From Salpingoeca rosetta (taxonomy: Eukaryota; Protista; Choanoflagellata), in NCBI GenBank assembly GCA_033442325.1, contig JAWQFM010000014.1:328589-392588 (forward strand): 64,000 bases of DNA, in the 5' to 3' direction. A program made the translations under genes and the position numbers. Within the stretch, counting starts at the first letter, position 1, and each line of letters begins with the position of its first letter. The notes beneath the pieces were generated by a model that saw only the letters and a list, made by a program, of their open reading frames with translations, was not told the origin of the DNA and searched no databases. Shown here in pieces: positions 24,710 to 40,161 of this stretch.

Positions 24710-26743
24710 CTATGGGCACGTGTTTTGACACTGGTTGAAGGTCACACCATTGTCAGCTTGGATGCAAAAGCTGAGATCGTCGCAAGTCACCATGACCAAG
24801 GAAGGGTTGTTGCGTACATCCAAGCCGCCGAGCAGAGACAGTCCGGAGAGGTCGAGGGTGACGAGATCGTTGTCTCGGAGAACCAAGTTGCCTTGAACGT
24901 ATCGCAACTTGCCAAAGTCAATGTTGGACAGTTGGTTGTCGCTCAAATTCACCTGATCGGTGATCATGGTGATGTTGCCAAAGCTGAAGATGGTGAGCTG
25001 GTTGGAGAAGAGGAAAAAGTCGCCCCCAACGCTGGTTAGGCTGCCCGTGTCAGCGACGGTGAAGGCGTTGTCTGAAAAGTCAAGATCGCCCGCCACGCTG
25101 CCGAGGTTCTTGAAGTCAAGGCGCTTGAGGCTGTTGCTGTAGAAGGACATGTAGCCGTCAACGAAGGTGAGGGCGCCAAAGTCGATGGACGTGAAGGAGG
25201 GGCTGTTCTCGTGGTAAATGGCGTCATCCAGGCGAGTCAATTTGCCAAAGTCCAGGCTGGCAAGGTCGCTGTCAATTGCAACACTGCCAGCGAGGGTGGT
25301 GATGTTGTTGAGGTCGATGTGGGCAGCTTCATTCACTTCGAGGAACAAGCCACCGCCAATGCTGGTCAGAGGCCCAAAGGTGATGTTGGTGATGCGTTTA
25401 CCGGCAATCTCGACGCTCTGTTCAACCGCCGCCACATTGCCAAGGTTCACGGTGGTGATGCTGTCGCCGTAGATGCCCACACTGCCGGCCTGAGTGACGC
25501 TGCTGAGGTCGACCGCTGTGAGAGCGGCGGAGCCGGCAACTTCCAGATAGCCGCCCACGATCAGAGCGCTGCTGGTTGTGTTCACGGTGACGGTCGTGAG
25601 CTGATTGGAGCCGATTCTAAGGTCTCCCCCAACATGCATCAGCTTGCCAAAGTCGATGCTGGTGATGGTGTCGGAGAGGAGGCGCACTGTGGCGTCCACC
25701 GTGGTGACGTCGCCGAAGGAGATGGCTTGCAGAACAGAGAGCCTGGTGTCCAAGGAACCACCGAGTCTGGCCAAGCTGCCAAAGTCAATGGACGTGACCT
25801 GAGTGGTTCCAAGGTCGACGCTCGCCTGCAGCACGCCCTCCTTCAGGCTCAAGTCATCACTGGAGAAGATGGACAGCACCCCGCCAACGTGTGTTAGCTG
25901 CCCAAACGAGAGTGCTTGCACGGGGTTGCCTGTGAGGTTGAGGTTGCCCTCCACGCGCGTGAGCCCTGCAAAGTCCACGCTTGTGATGTTGTTGCCACTG
26001 AGGTCGACGGATCCGCCGACAGTCTTCAGCGCGCCAAAGTCCAGCGAGTTGAGAGCATCATCTGCAGCCAGCACATCACCACCGATGGCTGTGATGGAGC
26101 CAAACGCAAGTGCCTGCAGGGAACTGAAAACGCTGACCGAGCCGAGGATCTCCTGCAATGCGCCAAACTCGTCGCAGCAGCAGTTGACGACAGCGCCGGC
26201 GACGCAAAGGCGGGCGGCTGCAAACTGATCCTGCAGTAGGAGGCTGCCGCAATCCAGCGTGGCAGTGGTGGTGCCCCGACAAGGTGGCTCCTCTGCGTTT
26301 GCGGCGGCAATGGTGTCATTCAGGGCAGCCTGTAGATCATGGACTTGGGTGTTGAGGTCCTCAATCATGCTTTCTTGCGCTGCGATGGTGCTGCATACGT
26401 CCAGGCCGTTAACAAACACCGGCTGCGCCGTGACACTGCCCCTGCTGTCGCTGTTGGTGTTATTGATGTGGAAGCCACCAAAGAGGTCCTCCACCAGCAC
26501 CACCTCGCCCTGGCAAACTGGCAGCAAGGAGAACGACGATAGAGTGCTTGCAGGGAGCAACGCTGCTGCAGCAGCAGCACAACAACAGCCCAAAATGCAC
26601 AGGACTGCCCGCAGAAGTGCACCGCTCGTCCTGCTCGTCGTCACTAACACGCCCACGCCACCCTTCTTCTTGTGGTTTTCGTGGTTCCTGTAGCTCTTGT
26701 GGCTCGCGTCCTCCGACGTTGTATGCGACAGCGACCACCTCAT
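24710..26743 (-). CDS. Intronless secreted/signal-anchored solenoid protein with ~20 L-domain/LRR-like 21-23 aa repeats (Ecm33-like) after a short coiled coil
   Basis: 677-aa ORF. Hydrophobic N-terminal segment, heptad region (IAAQESMIEDLNTQVHDLQAALND), repeat consensus (I/L)TSIDFGxLxxVGGxLxLxxN, Cys-rich caps. Confidence 0.8.
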   Translation of the reverse strand: MRWSLSHTTSEDASHKSYRNHENHKKKGGVGVLVTTSRTSGALLRAVLCILGCCCAAAAAALLPASTLSSFSLLPVCQGEVVLVEDLFGGFHINNTNSDSRGSVTAQPVFVNGLDVCSTIAAQESMIEDLNTQVHDLQAALNDTIAAANAEEPPCRGTTTATLDCGSLLLQDQFAAARLCVAGAVVNCCCDEFGALQEILGSVSVFSSLQALAFGSITAIGGDVLAADDALNSLDFGALKTVGGSVDLSGNNITSVDFAGLTRVEGNLNLTGNPVQALSFGQLTHVGGVLSIFSSDDLSLKEGVLQASVDLGTTQVTSIDFGSLARLGGSLDTRLSVLQAISFGDVTTVDATVRLLSDTITSIDFGKLMHVGGDLRIGSNQLTTVTVNTTSSALIVGGYLEVAGSAALTAVDLSSVTQAGSVGIYGDSITTVNLGNVAAVEQSVEIAGKRITNITFGPLTSIGGGLFLEVNEAAHIDLNNITTLAGSVAIDSDLASLDFGKLTRLDDAIYHENSPSFTSIDFGALTFVDGYMSFYSNSLKRLDFKNLGSVAGDLDFSDNAFTVADTGSLTSVGGDFFLFSNQLTIFSFGNITMITDQVNLSDNQLSNIDFGKLRYVQGNLVLRDNDLVTLDLSGLSLLGGLDVRNNPSLVMVTCDDLSFCIQADNGVTFNQCQNTCP

Positions 26744-26937
26744 TGTGGAGGGGTTGCGATCGTGTGCTCAGAAGAGAAGAGTGGATGCAAAGTGCTAACG
26801 TGCAAGTGCTTAAGCCTTTTGCAGGAAAGGCAGGAGCACTCTTCTCGACAACTCCTCGTCGCACCTGTCAGTTTGTGGTGTCTGATACAGCCGGATTTCA
26901 CGGACGTTGCAAACAAGCACAACAGCCAGTCGGCAGC

Positions 26938-29729
<2,792 letters not shown>

Positions 29730-30210
29730 TGTGCGTATGTTTCCGTGTGTGTCGAAGAAGGGGGGGGGGTACTGTAACGTAAGTGAATCGTTCGTTGGTG
29801 TTCTTGTGAGCGTGGCGCGTGCTGATCTGTACACATGTATTGTTGTCATCAGCACCATCTTAACACAAGCAAGCAAGCAGCATCAGTCTTTGAAACATGA
29901 AACGAACACATCAGCAAGGTCAAAAGAACACAAAGCAGGAAGGGAAGGAAGGAAGGAAAGAAAGAAGGAAGGAAGGCAGAGGGAGGCAAGGGGCAAATTA
30001 GCAGGCAAAGAGCATTGATAAACGCCAGCACGTTTGACAAACACGGCGTGTTCGAGTCAGCATGGGTAGCACAGGGAGACAAAGCAAGCAGTCAAGTCTG
30101 CAAACATGTAGTTACATGTGGCAACACGGACTCAGGCTGGACATACACACACACGCACACAGACACACAGACACACACACACACAGACACAGACACAGAC
30201 ACACACACAC

Positions 30211-30241
<31 letters not shown>

Positions 30242-30286
30242 CACACACACACACACAGGCATCTACAGACAAAGGGGTGTGAGCTG

Positions 30287-30671
30287 TCACTTCTCCTCAA
30301 AGTGGGAGGTGTGGTGGAGGACGTGGTGAAAGAAAGTGGTGGTGATTTCATCCATGACATTGTGGTGTTCATCAGCGTCGTGGTGCTGAAAGAAGTTCTT
30401 GTCCCAGCCAACATGCCCACCCCACTCCGTCAGCACGAAGATGATGTGTTCATTGTCTGTCGCGTGCTTTCGCACAAACTCTTCGGCCTGCTCGGGAAAC
30501 AGAGGGTCATTGCGTGCGTTCACCGTCAGAAACGGACGGCGGATCCTGTGCAAATATGTGCCGGAACTTTCTGCCTGTGCAAACTCTTCAAGCGAACTGT
30601 AGCCGTAGATGGCTGGCAGGTGCAGCTTGTCAAACTCAGCCAGCGTCGACGCCGCCAGCAACTCTGAGAGG

Positions 30672-30759
<88 letters not shown>

Positions 30760-31305
30760 CGTGAGTGCGTGCGTGCGTGAGTGTGTGTGTGTGTGCGCGT
30801 GCGTGCGTGTGTGTTTGTGGTTGGTAATGTGTTTGTTTGTGAGTTGACATGTGAGTACAAACACAAGTCAGAGAGGCTGAGGTTGCTTGTCGTGGACACG
30901 CGAGCACACACGTCAAGTCCACGCCCAACCCTCTTCAACTGCCACGTCAGCGCACATGGTGCACTCACCGTCTTTCGTAAAGGGCAAGCCAGACTGCTCA
31001 AACTGCTCGGGTGGAAGCTGCTTCCAGGGCTCCTTTGCCCAAAACAGCAGGGCAAGATGGTAGGGCCGGAAGTGGGGCTGGTGCAACTGCAGATTACATT
31101 GTGAGGGAGGACAATGCATGGGGGAAAATACATGTACAAAGAGGAACGGTCAGCGCTGTTGCAGCACAGGACATACAGCAGCAGCAGCAGGAGGAGGAGG
31201 AGGTGGAGGTGGAGTGGCAACAGCAAGCGAAAAACGAGAGCCAGCAATACGTCCTACATCTCACTGGTATCACTGCATGCTTCTTCCTCCCACAACCGTA
31301 ACAGC

Positions 31306-31398
<93 letters not shown>

Positions 31399-31881
31399 GC
31401 GCACCATTTCGTATCCCCATTGAAGGATGTATCCGTTTGAGTATGTGACGGCTGCGTCGATGCTGTGGTACAGGTCAGACCCCAGGTCCTCATTCGTCGT
31501 GCCCATGTACTTGGTGAGCACGTTTGCGCCCATGGAAAAGGCGACAGCCACGATGGGCCCTGCCGGGTACATGCGCTTGATGTACCGGATGGCAAGCTCA
31601 ATGTCCTCCGTGTTGCCGTAGTTGAACGTGCGGGCGCTCCGCAGCTCCGTCTTACACCCGCGCCAGTTCTTCACCACCGTCTGCAAGGGGGTGCGCGGTT
31701 GGGTGGGGGGTGGTCAGTGTGCGTGTGTTTGTCGGTGTGCATGTGAGTATTTGAATTTGGCACAGAGAGAGAGAGAGAGTGTGTGTGTGTGTGTATCTAT
31801 GGGGTCACACGGACGAAGTAACACACGCACACACTACACACACTACACACACTACACACACCACACACACACACACACACT

Positions 31882-31912
<31 letters not shown>

Positions 31913-32707
31913 AGTTTAAACACACACACACATACATTCGCTTACCCGCCAGCCATGCTCGTGGCATGCGAGAGCGAGGGACCGGATGTAAGGGGCGTCA
32001 CTGCAGCTGGCAATACCGGGAACCAGCAGAACCGTCAGTGGAGGCGCGTCCGCAGCACCGCGCGCTGGAGGCTCGAGAATGTCCAGACCAATCAGCCCAC
32101 CGTCGGGCGTGTCCAAGTGCTCCCTGCAGCGGCAAAACGGCGCGTGTGCACAGCAGTATATGAGGCGCTGTCCTTTGGTGACACCGAGCCAGCTTGTGCA
32201 CGCACACAAGGAAGGCAGCCTCAACTCTACAGCAGCGCCCCACTCAACGCGCATGACGATCAGCCTCGCATGCGAGGAACGCAGCGACATGACCATAACA
32301 CAGCAACACAGGAACAATACATGACCATAACACAGCGACACAGGAACACTACAGGAACACTACAGCACCGACACAAAGTCTGACCTGTGGAACTTTGGCA
32401 TGGGCGGGCGCTTGCCAAGGGCAGCAAAGAGGGTGCTGGTGTGTGCGTTGGTGAGGAGGCGAGGCGGCTTGTAGCGGGTGAGCGTCGTGTGTTGGCGCAG
32501 CTTGTGAACCACGGCCTTGTTGCTGGGTGTTGGCACGTAGTGCATGTCCACTTTGCTTGCCCGCACCGTTCGAGCCAGCAGCAAGAGCACAGAGCCGCAC
32601 ACCGCCGCAAACACAACCACTGCCGCAGGCACATCCTCCACGCCAAGCAAGTCGTCCACCCGCACGACCTCTGTGGTCCGAGCCAGCAGCTCCGCCACCA
32701 AATCCAT
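30287..32707 (-). CDS. Alpha/beta hydrolase of the ABHD1/2/3 (YheT/Eht1) family with N-terminal membrane anchor; multi-exon
   Basis: YKPPRLLTNAHTSTL; REHLDTPDGGLIGLD; VPGIAS; NWRGC; nucleophile AFSMG; NARNDPL; GGHVGW. Confidence 0.85.
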
Positions 32708-32963
32708 GTTGCTTTGCACAGGCAAGCAAGGGGTGGATGGATGGGTCGTGTCGTGTTGAAGTGAAGCAAGCAAGCAAGCAAGCAAAGCAAGCAAGAGCGA
32801 CTCGCGCAAGCAAATGAGCGCAGCAGCACACAACAAGCAGGACCGCAACAGAGTGCACACGCCCACTTTGGTACTATATTTTTGTGTGTCGTGTCGCCTT
32901 TTTCCACAAACCAAACCAACGTTCGCACACGAGAAGCAAGACACACACGACGACTTTGACGCG

Positions 32964-33014
32964 ATGAGCAGTGGCCAAGGTTCGCATCGAACGTGACATG
33001 TTCCGCACTCACGC

Positions 33015-33102
<88 letters not shown>

Positions 33103-33828
33103 GTGCCGTGTTTTTTTTTTTTGGTTTGTTTGTGGGGGCATCTCGATCTGCGTCACAACAACACGTGAGCACATGTGTGCATGATTTGTGTGCATGGGAC
33201 GTGTGTCCAGTTGATGACCGTTGATCTGTGGCATGCGGGCGTGCTGCAGGCGACGAAGCTGCACAGCAGCAGCAGAAGAAGCAGCAGGAGAAGCGAGAGG
33301 AGGAAGAGGGGCAGCAGCCGCTCGAAGAAGGTGCAGAGGAGCCATACCCGGAAGATGAGGCGGACCTCGCCTACGATGAGGAGGGCGAGGAGGGCGAGGA
33401 GGCCGCACAGGCGGAAGGCGCCACAAAGCAAGAAGGCTCTGGCGACACAGAAGAGGGTGGCGGTGACGATGACGAGTTTGAGCAAGTGAGTCCAGTGGGT
33501 GTGTATGTATGTGTGTGTGTGTGCGGGGTCTTTGTATGTGTACGTACGCGCGCGTGTGTGTGTGCACTTGTATCTATGTGTTCGTGTGTTCGTGTACTGA
33601 GTGTGTACAGGGTGCATCACCTCAACCGCACGCGCTTGGCATACATGCCATTGTCACACTCCCCTCTCACGCTCCCACCTCACGCCTAATGGGGGTTGTT
33701 TCAGTTGAGGCAACAGGTGAACCAGAACGAGTCTTCACTGCAGCAGGATCGTGAAGCCCTCAACCAAGTCATGAAGAGTGAGTGTTCTTGAGCATTCACT
33801 GCAGCTTGGTGTATCCATCCTACGCGTA

Positions 33829-33865
<37 letters not shown>

Positions 33866-34459
33866 AACGCCTCGCTTCTCCCTTCCTGATCACGTTTTCT
33901 TTCGTTTGTTTTTGCTTCCATCGTATGAACGCCATCACAGCCGGCTCCCAAGAGAGCCGCGAGGAAGCAGATCGCCGCTCCGTCTTTGTCCAGAACGTGC
34001 GTGCGTGTGTGTATGTGTGCGTATGTGTGTGTGTTTGTATGTGTATGTGTGTGCGTCCTTCCCAGAGCTTGATCATCCTCAGCCTCGTGTCGTCGTAGCT
34101 CTGCTGTCATAACCCGTCTGCTATGCCCAATTCTACCCCCCCCCCGTCATTCGCGATCCATACCACCACTACCACCCCACCCTTCCGTGCGTGCCCATCC
34201 TGTTTGGCGGGATGCAGGTTGACTACGGGACCTCTGAGGTTGATCTGCAGCTCTTCTTCAAGGACTGCGGCCCCGTGCGCCGCATCACCATTGGCCGCGG
34301 GCCAACCGGGCAGCCAAAGGGGTCAGTCAACACACGCACGGTAGCAGTGGTTTTGCTCGTGCTCGTGTTGATGGTGGTGGTAGCGGCGGTGGTGTGTTGT
34401 ATGAATGTCGAGTTGGTGGCAAATCATCTCTCCTGTCCGCCCATTTGTCTGCCCCTCTG

Positions 34460-34534
<75 letters not shown>

Positions 34535-35367
34535 TGTATGTGTGTGTGTGTGTGCCACGACCAACAACAGCCTTGTACCAACGCGCGCTTGCGCAACCCC
34601 CTCACCACCACCCCCCCCTCCATCACGTGCACCTTCAGGTTTGCGTATGTTGAGTTTACGGACGAGGCCGCCGTTGAGACGGCAAAGGGGCTGACCAACC
34701 AGATGCTCAAGGGCCGCCAGGTTACGGTCAGTCGCCTGCGCAGTCAGGGGAGAGAAGAGGCATGGTCGTGGTGGTGGTGGTGGTGGTGGTTGTGGTGGTG
34801 GTGGTCTTGAGGGGTTGTGATGGGCATATCAACCCAGCAGGTGAATCGTGCATGTGTGTGTGTGTGTGTTTGGTGTACTTTGCAAGTGAGTTACTCGTGT
34901 GCGAAGGACACAGCATCCTCTGCTTGTATGTATGTGTGTATGCGTATTCCCGGTCCTCACACCAGCTGTGGACACTCCTGCTGCCAGGTGTTGAATAAGC
35001 GCACCAACGTGCCTGGCCTGCGCAAGAGGGGCCGTGGCCGTGGCCGTGGTCGTGGCCGCTATTTCCGCGGTTACAGGGGCGGACGCGGCAGGGGGCGCAG
35101 GTGAGACACAACCGGCCAAAGGGCATTCTGTGTGTGTATGTGTGTGTGAATGCTGCTGTTTGTGTGAAAGCTGTTGTGTGTGTGTGTGTGTGTGTTGTGT
35201 GTGTGCCTTTGTTCATGTTTGTGTGTACCCATCTGTCTTTGTTTTGCACCTCGCCTGTCTCGTGCGTTTGCATTCAAACCACGTGCTCACTCGCATCACC
35301 GCCGCCATGTGAATGCGTCTTCAGCCGTGGTGCCCGCGGCTATGCCGTGTACTTCTCCACATCATAG
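32964..35367 (+). CDS. PABPN1: Nuclear polyadenylate-binding protein 2 (acidic N-terminus, coiled coil, single RRM, RG-rich tail)
   Basis: EEADRRSVFVQN|VDYG, GQPKG|FAYVEF (RNP1), KRTNVPG, RGRGRG tail. The 16-nt first exon (32964-32979) is inferred. Confidence 0.88.
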
Positions 35368-35413
35368 CCACCACCACCACCACCACCACCACCACCACCA
35401 CGTCGCTCGTCTC

Positions 35414-35474
<61 letters not shown>

Positions 35475-35780
35475 TGTGGTGCTCTCGCTGCTGCTGCTGT
35501 TGTGTTGCAGGCGCGTGTGCCCTTTTCCCTTGTCCTTTGCCTTTGTCCTTCCTCCAGTGCGGTAGTGTATCCATGTTCTCCTCCATGGCGTTGCAATGTA
35601 GTTTAAGTGTGTGGACAATTAACAATCAAAACTTGAGTCAGAACACAAGCAGTAACACAACCTCGGGGAGGGGGAGGAGTTGCGGCTGTGCTTGCATGCA
35701 TGCAACTGCGGCCAAACACACAGTCATGACACACACCATACGTGGGGGGGGGCATGCATTGCATTTGTATGCAAGCGAGG

Positions 35781-35859
<79 letters not shown>

Positions 35860-35863
35860 CGCG

Positions 35864-36415
35864 CTATGGCGCGGCCTGCACCATCTGGTACAGGATGACA
35901 CCGACAATGGGCACGACGATGCATGCAATCACGGCGAGCGTTTGGGATGATAGCTCAGGCAACTTCTCATCACCACCGCTGCCGCTGCTGCTGCTGTTTG
36001 TATTCGCTCCCTCACTGCACGTGCGTGTGTGATTTTGTTTGTGGTCAGGGAGACATGAGATGTGGGTCAAAGGGCGCGGCACACTAGTCGAAGCCTAACC
36101 AGACAGACATACACACAGAGGGGCACAGACAAACAGACACACAGGGACACAGACAAACAGACAGACAGGCAGACAGACAGGACAGATAGGCAGAGACAGA
36201 CAGACCAGCACCTGCTAGCCGCGTTCTGTGCGTCTGTCGCCTCCTTCACTTTCCGTCGCAGCACCTCTCGAATCTCCTCCGCAGTCTGTACGGCAGCCGG
36301 CAAGGTGGTAGTGGTGGGGCGTGTATGTGTGTGAAGATCATGAGGTCAACGCATGAAACACGCTCACAAACACACAGGCAGGCAGAGGTGAAGAGAGAGC
36401 GCGTGCGAGGGCTGA

Positions 36416-36462
<47 letters not shown>

Positions 36463-36933
36463 CGCCGTTTCTCTGCCCCTCTCTGTCAACTGCGCATGTG
36501 TGCACATGTGCGCACCTCTGGAAAGAGATCGCAGAAGAGCTGGTCCTTGAGATTGAACACGAGACTCCGCTTGGCGAGGGCGCGTTTCTGGCACACGCAC
36601 CCGTGTGTGTGTGAGACGTCGCTTCCTCGCACAGAGTCGGCGCTGTTTGGAAAAACCTGTCTACCATACGTTAAGTAGGGATGATGCAGATTTTAAAACC
36701 GAAGATCACAGCTCGGTTGCTCAGACTACAGTAGCACTCGTTAGAGAACGCCTGTTTGAAGGTGAATGTAAGTAAAGAAAGCCCTACGTCGCTCATGTCC
36801 TGAGGAGCCGCTAGCTGGGCTATGGTCAGTCCCCTTGGATACGATTAGCGTAGGGACAATTGAATATCGAAGCTTCGTTACGATCTAGTAGGGGGGGCTA
36901 CATTTGACCTCGCGCGCCCAGTGACGACGACCG

Positions 36934-36989
<56 letters not shown>

Positions 36990-37362
36990 TGTACGTGCTT
37001 GTGCGCTTATGCGCAGCGTGATGATACTGGGCAGTGCTCGCCATTGGTTGCACACCACGCGTTGCACTGACAAGTTGACGGCCACCCGATGACAGACACC
37101 GTGCATGGGCAAACAAACAGAGACAACCGATATTGCGGCTCAAACCTCTGCTGTGGTGGTGGTGATGCTGCCGGCGGTGGGCGTGTCCTCCAGCTGACGT
37201 GATCAACACGCGCACAAACGCACAAACGCGCACCAAGGCAATGGCCATTGTGAGTGAGGGCAGTGGTTTGTGGTGTGTGCGCGTGTGAGTGAGTTGTGTG
37301 CAGTAGGTCTGTGCGTGCGTGCAGTATGTGTGTGTGTGTGCAGTTTGTGTGTGTGTGTGTGC

Positions 37363-37429
<67 letters not shown>

Positions 37430-38891
37430 TTCGGTTTGTGAAAGTAGGCTTGAGGTGCACATCCCATCTGACTCACCATGAAGCTGAGGAGGCCCTTCAG
37501 TACGGTCTCCACAGACCACTGAGAGCACGCGGGTGGCATTGGAGCATATTGGAGGTAAGAAACACAGCATGGACGAGCGAGTTGACATGTTTGCATACAC
37601 ACGCACACGCACGCACGCACACATACACAAGCGCACATGCATACACACCGCGGGGTTCCAAGTGTCGGGGTGAAAGTCAGAGATGCTGAGGCATAATCTG
37701 CAAGGGTTCAATACACCACAAGCAGGTGTGTGTGTGTATGTGTGTGTGTGTGTGTGTGCATGTGTTTGAGGGCGTCTTGATCCTCAAACAAACAATAACA
37801 GCACACGCACACGTCAGCGACGCACATGTCAGGTTGATGACCAAGACAAGGTGCCCTGGGCCACGTACCTTGTGTTTTCCTTGAAGCGGCCGTTTGGAGT
37901 GATCATGTAGATGGCAGGCGGCTTCATCGGGTATGATGAAGGGAACACCAGCTTGCCGTGGTAGAAGCCACCTGTTGTCGACACACAGTTGGGTGGTGTG
38001 CGATACAGTTAACAAACAGAGCAGCACAACAACCAGCCTTGACACACATAACATCGTTCATCCACACATCCAATACACAAACAACAAACGCGCAAACGCA
38101 GATGCAGACACAGGTACAGGCGTAGACGGAGACGTAGACACAGACACAGTCACAGATGGAGACGTAGACGCAGTCGTTGTATCACAGCTCACCATGGTAC
38201 GGTGTGTCGTCTGGAAGGCCGGAAATGACATAATGCCTGTGTACATGAGAGAGCGCGAGAGAGAGCGAGTGCGAGTGCGCAGCAACAAGAACAAAGACGT
38301 TAGCCACGCCACGCGACAGCAGCTGGACAACAACGGGAACTGGGATGATGGCGGCAGCCGTTTGATGCTCCAGCGCAAGCATCAACCACACACACACACA
38401 CAGACACACACACACACACACAGACACACACACACGCACGAACGCACCCACAAACACGCATACACTCACACGCACGAACGCACACACACACACACACACA
38501 CACACGCACGAACGCACACAGCCACGCGCACATACACACGAACCACTCGAGGATGTTCTCTGGTTTTGGTTCCGCGAGAATGAAAGGAGGAGGGTTCTAC
38601 AAGCGCACGGCGAGCACAAGCAAGACAAGGCAAGATTGCAGAGTGGGTGAGGCGCACACGAGCGAAATACAAGCACACAGAGAGAGGAGACGCACATACA
38701 CACAGACACAGAGCCAGACAAACAGACACACACACAGACAGACACAAACACAGACACAGACACACACACAGACACACAGACACACAGACACACAGACACA
38801 CACATGAACACACCAACCAACCAACCTTCTTGATGGCCTTGTATTCGCGGGCGAGTCGCCCCACATATCGCTTGGGTGCAGCGGACGACAT
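35864..38891 (-). CDS. UBE2J2: Tail-anchored ER ubiquitin-conjugating enzyme E2 J (Ubc6); ~10 exons
   Basis: [18 protein letters not shown]|HYVISG, TPYHG|[46 protein letters not shown]|[18 protein letters not shown]-terminal [17 protein letters not shown]. Confidence 0.92.
36650..36925 (-). ncRNA. Candidate intronic structured ncRNA (unassigned; H/ACA-like 3' end) inside UBC6 intron 36588-37145
   Basis: Repeat-free, more AT-rich island with several stems: 36727-36734 pairs with 36661-36668 (G-U pairs valid on the minus strand) and is followed by ACA; also 36697-36703/36712-36718 and a long hairpin 36782-36855. Confidence 0.45.
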
Positions 38892-39071
38892 GGCTGCAGT
38901 TTATGGTGTCGATAACAGTTGCCGCATTCCACCACGTTGTTGGCTGGCTGGCTGGTGGAGCTGTCCACACACCCTTCCTCCACAACACCCTTCCTCCACA
39001 CACGTTCCTCCACCTCGCCTCTCAACACTCAGCACAGCCGTCCCCGCCCCGCTTCCTGAGACATCAGCGTC

Positions 39072-40079
39072 ATGTCGGAGCGTGTGAAGCAGCATCTTGG
39101 GGCGCCACGAGTCGGCCTGTCGCTTGCGCGGCACTTGCTCTTTGCCATCGTGTCGTACGTGCTGGACACTGCGCTCTGGACTGCGTCCGTGGTCATGTCC
39201 GTGCTGCGCCTGAAACACAAGGACAACACCGACAGGCAGCAGCAGTGCCCAGCTTGTGCGCTGCGCCGCAGTCGAACAAGCAGCACCAGCAGTGGCCGTG
39301 GGAACAGCACAGATGCAGGTGCAGGCACAGGCACAGGCCGTGGGGTTGGCAGCCGCACCGGCGCAAGCGCGTGTGCAAGTCCTGTTGTTACATCCCCGAC
39401 CATGCCCACACACACATGCAGAGGCAACGGGCGTCGACGTTCGAGCTTTCACAACCACAGCAACAGCAGCCGCACCAGCACCGGCAGGGCACACTCGTCA
39501 TCGTCCTCCTTGTCGTCGCCCTCCTCGCCACTGCTGTCCGCACCAAGGGCGGACACTGGGTTAACCATGCATGTGCCCATCCCAAGCGCGCCAGGGAACA
39601 CAACAGCAGAGGTGCGCATCCTCGACAGCAGACAAAGCGTGTTCAACAAGGAGGTCGCCCACGTGCTGGTCATGATCCCGGGAAACCCTGGTCACCCGGA
39701 GTTCTACATCGACTTTATGAGCGAACTCCACGACAAGACGAGAGACCCGTGCGTCATCATCGGCCACACGGGCCACTCCCCCACGTCCGTCTCGCCGCAT
39801 CTCTTCTCCCACTTCCAACAAACGGAGCACAAGCTGCAGGTCATGCGGGTTCTTCGCGAACGGTACCCGTCTGCCAGGTTTACCTTGATGGGCCACTCGA
39901 TTGGCGCTTGGATCGCCATGGAGATGTTGCGACCCCTCAGCTCCAGTGTTGATCGCGTCTTCAACCTCTTCCCCACCGTCCACCACATTGGTTGGTTGTT
40001 AGCAGTGTCTTGTGACGCACGCGCGCGCGTGTGTGTGTGTGTGTACGTGAATGAGTACATGTGCGTGCGTTTGTGCGTG

Positions 40080-40161
<82 letters not shown>

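Noticed and set aside
33705-33777. Apparent 12-nt microexon in PABPN1
   Set aside because: The frame reads through as one 73-nt exon (LRQQVNQNESSLQQDREALNQVMK).
36650-36925. Assigning the intronic element to SRP, U3, U17/snR30, RNase P/MRP, telomerase RNA, snRNAs, or a Helitron/hAT end
   Set aside because: Only isolated partial matches (TGTAG, TCAGACTAC, AGTCCCC/GGGGCT, palindrome + CTAG). There is no GNRA helix 8, no telomeric template, wrong motif spacing and no TSD.
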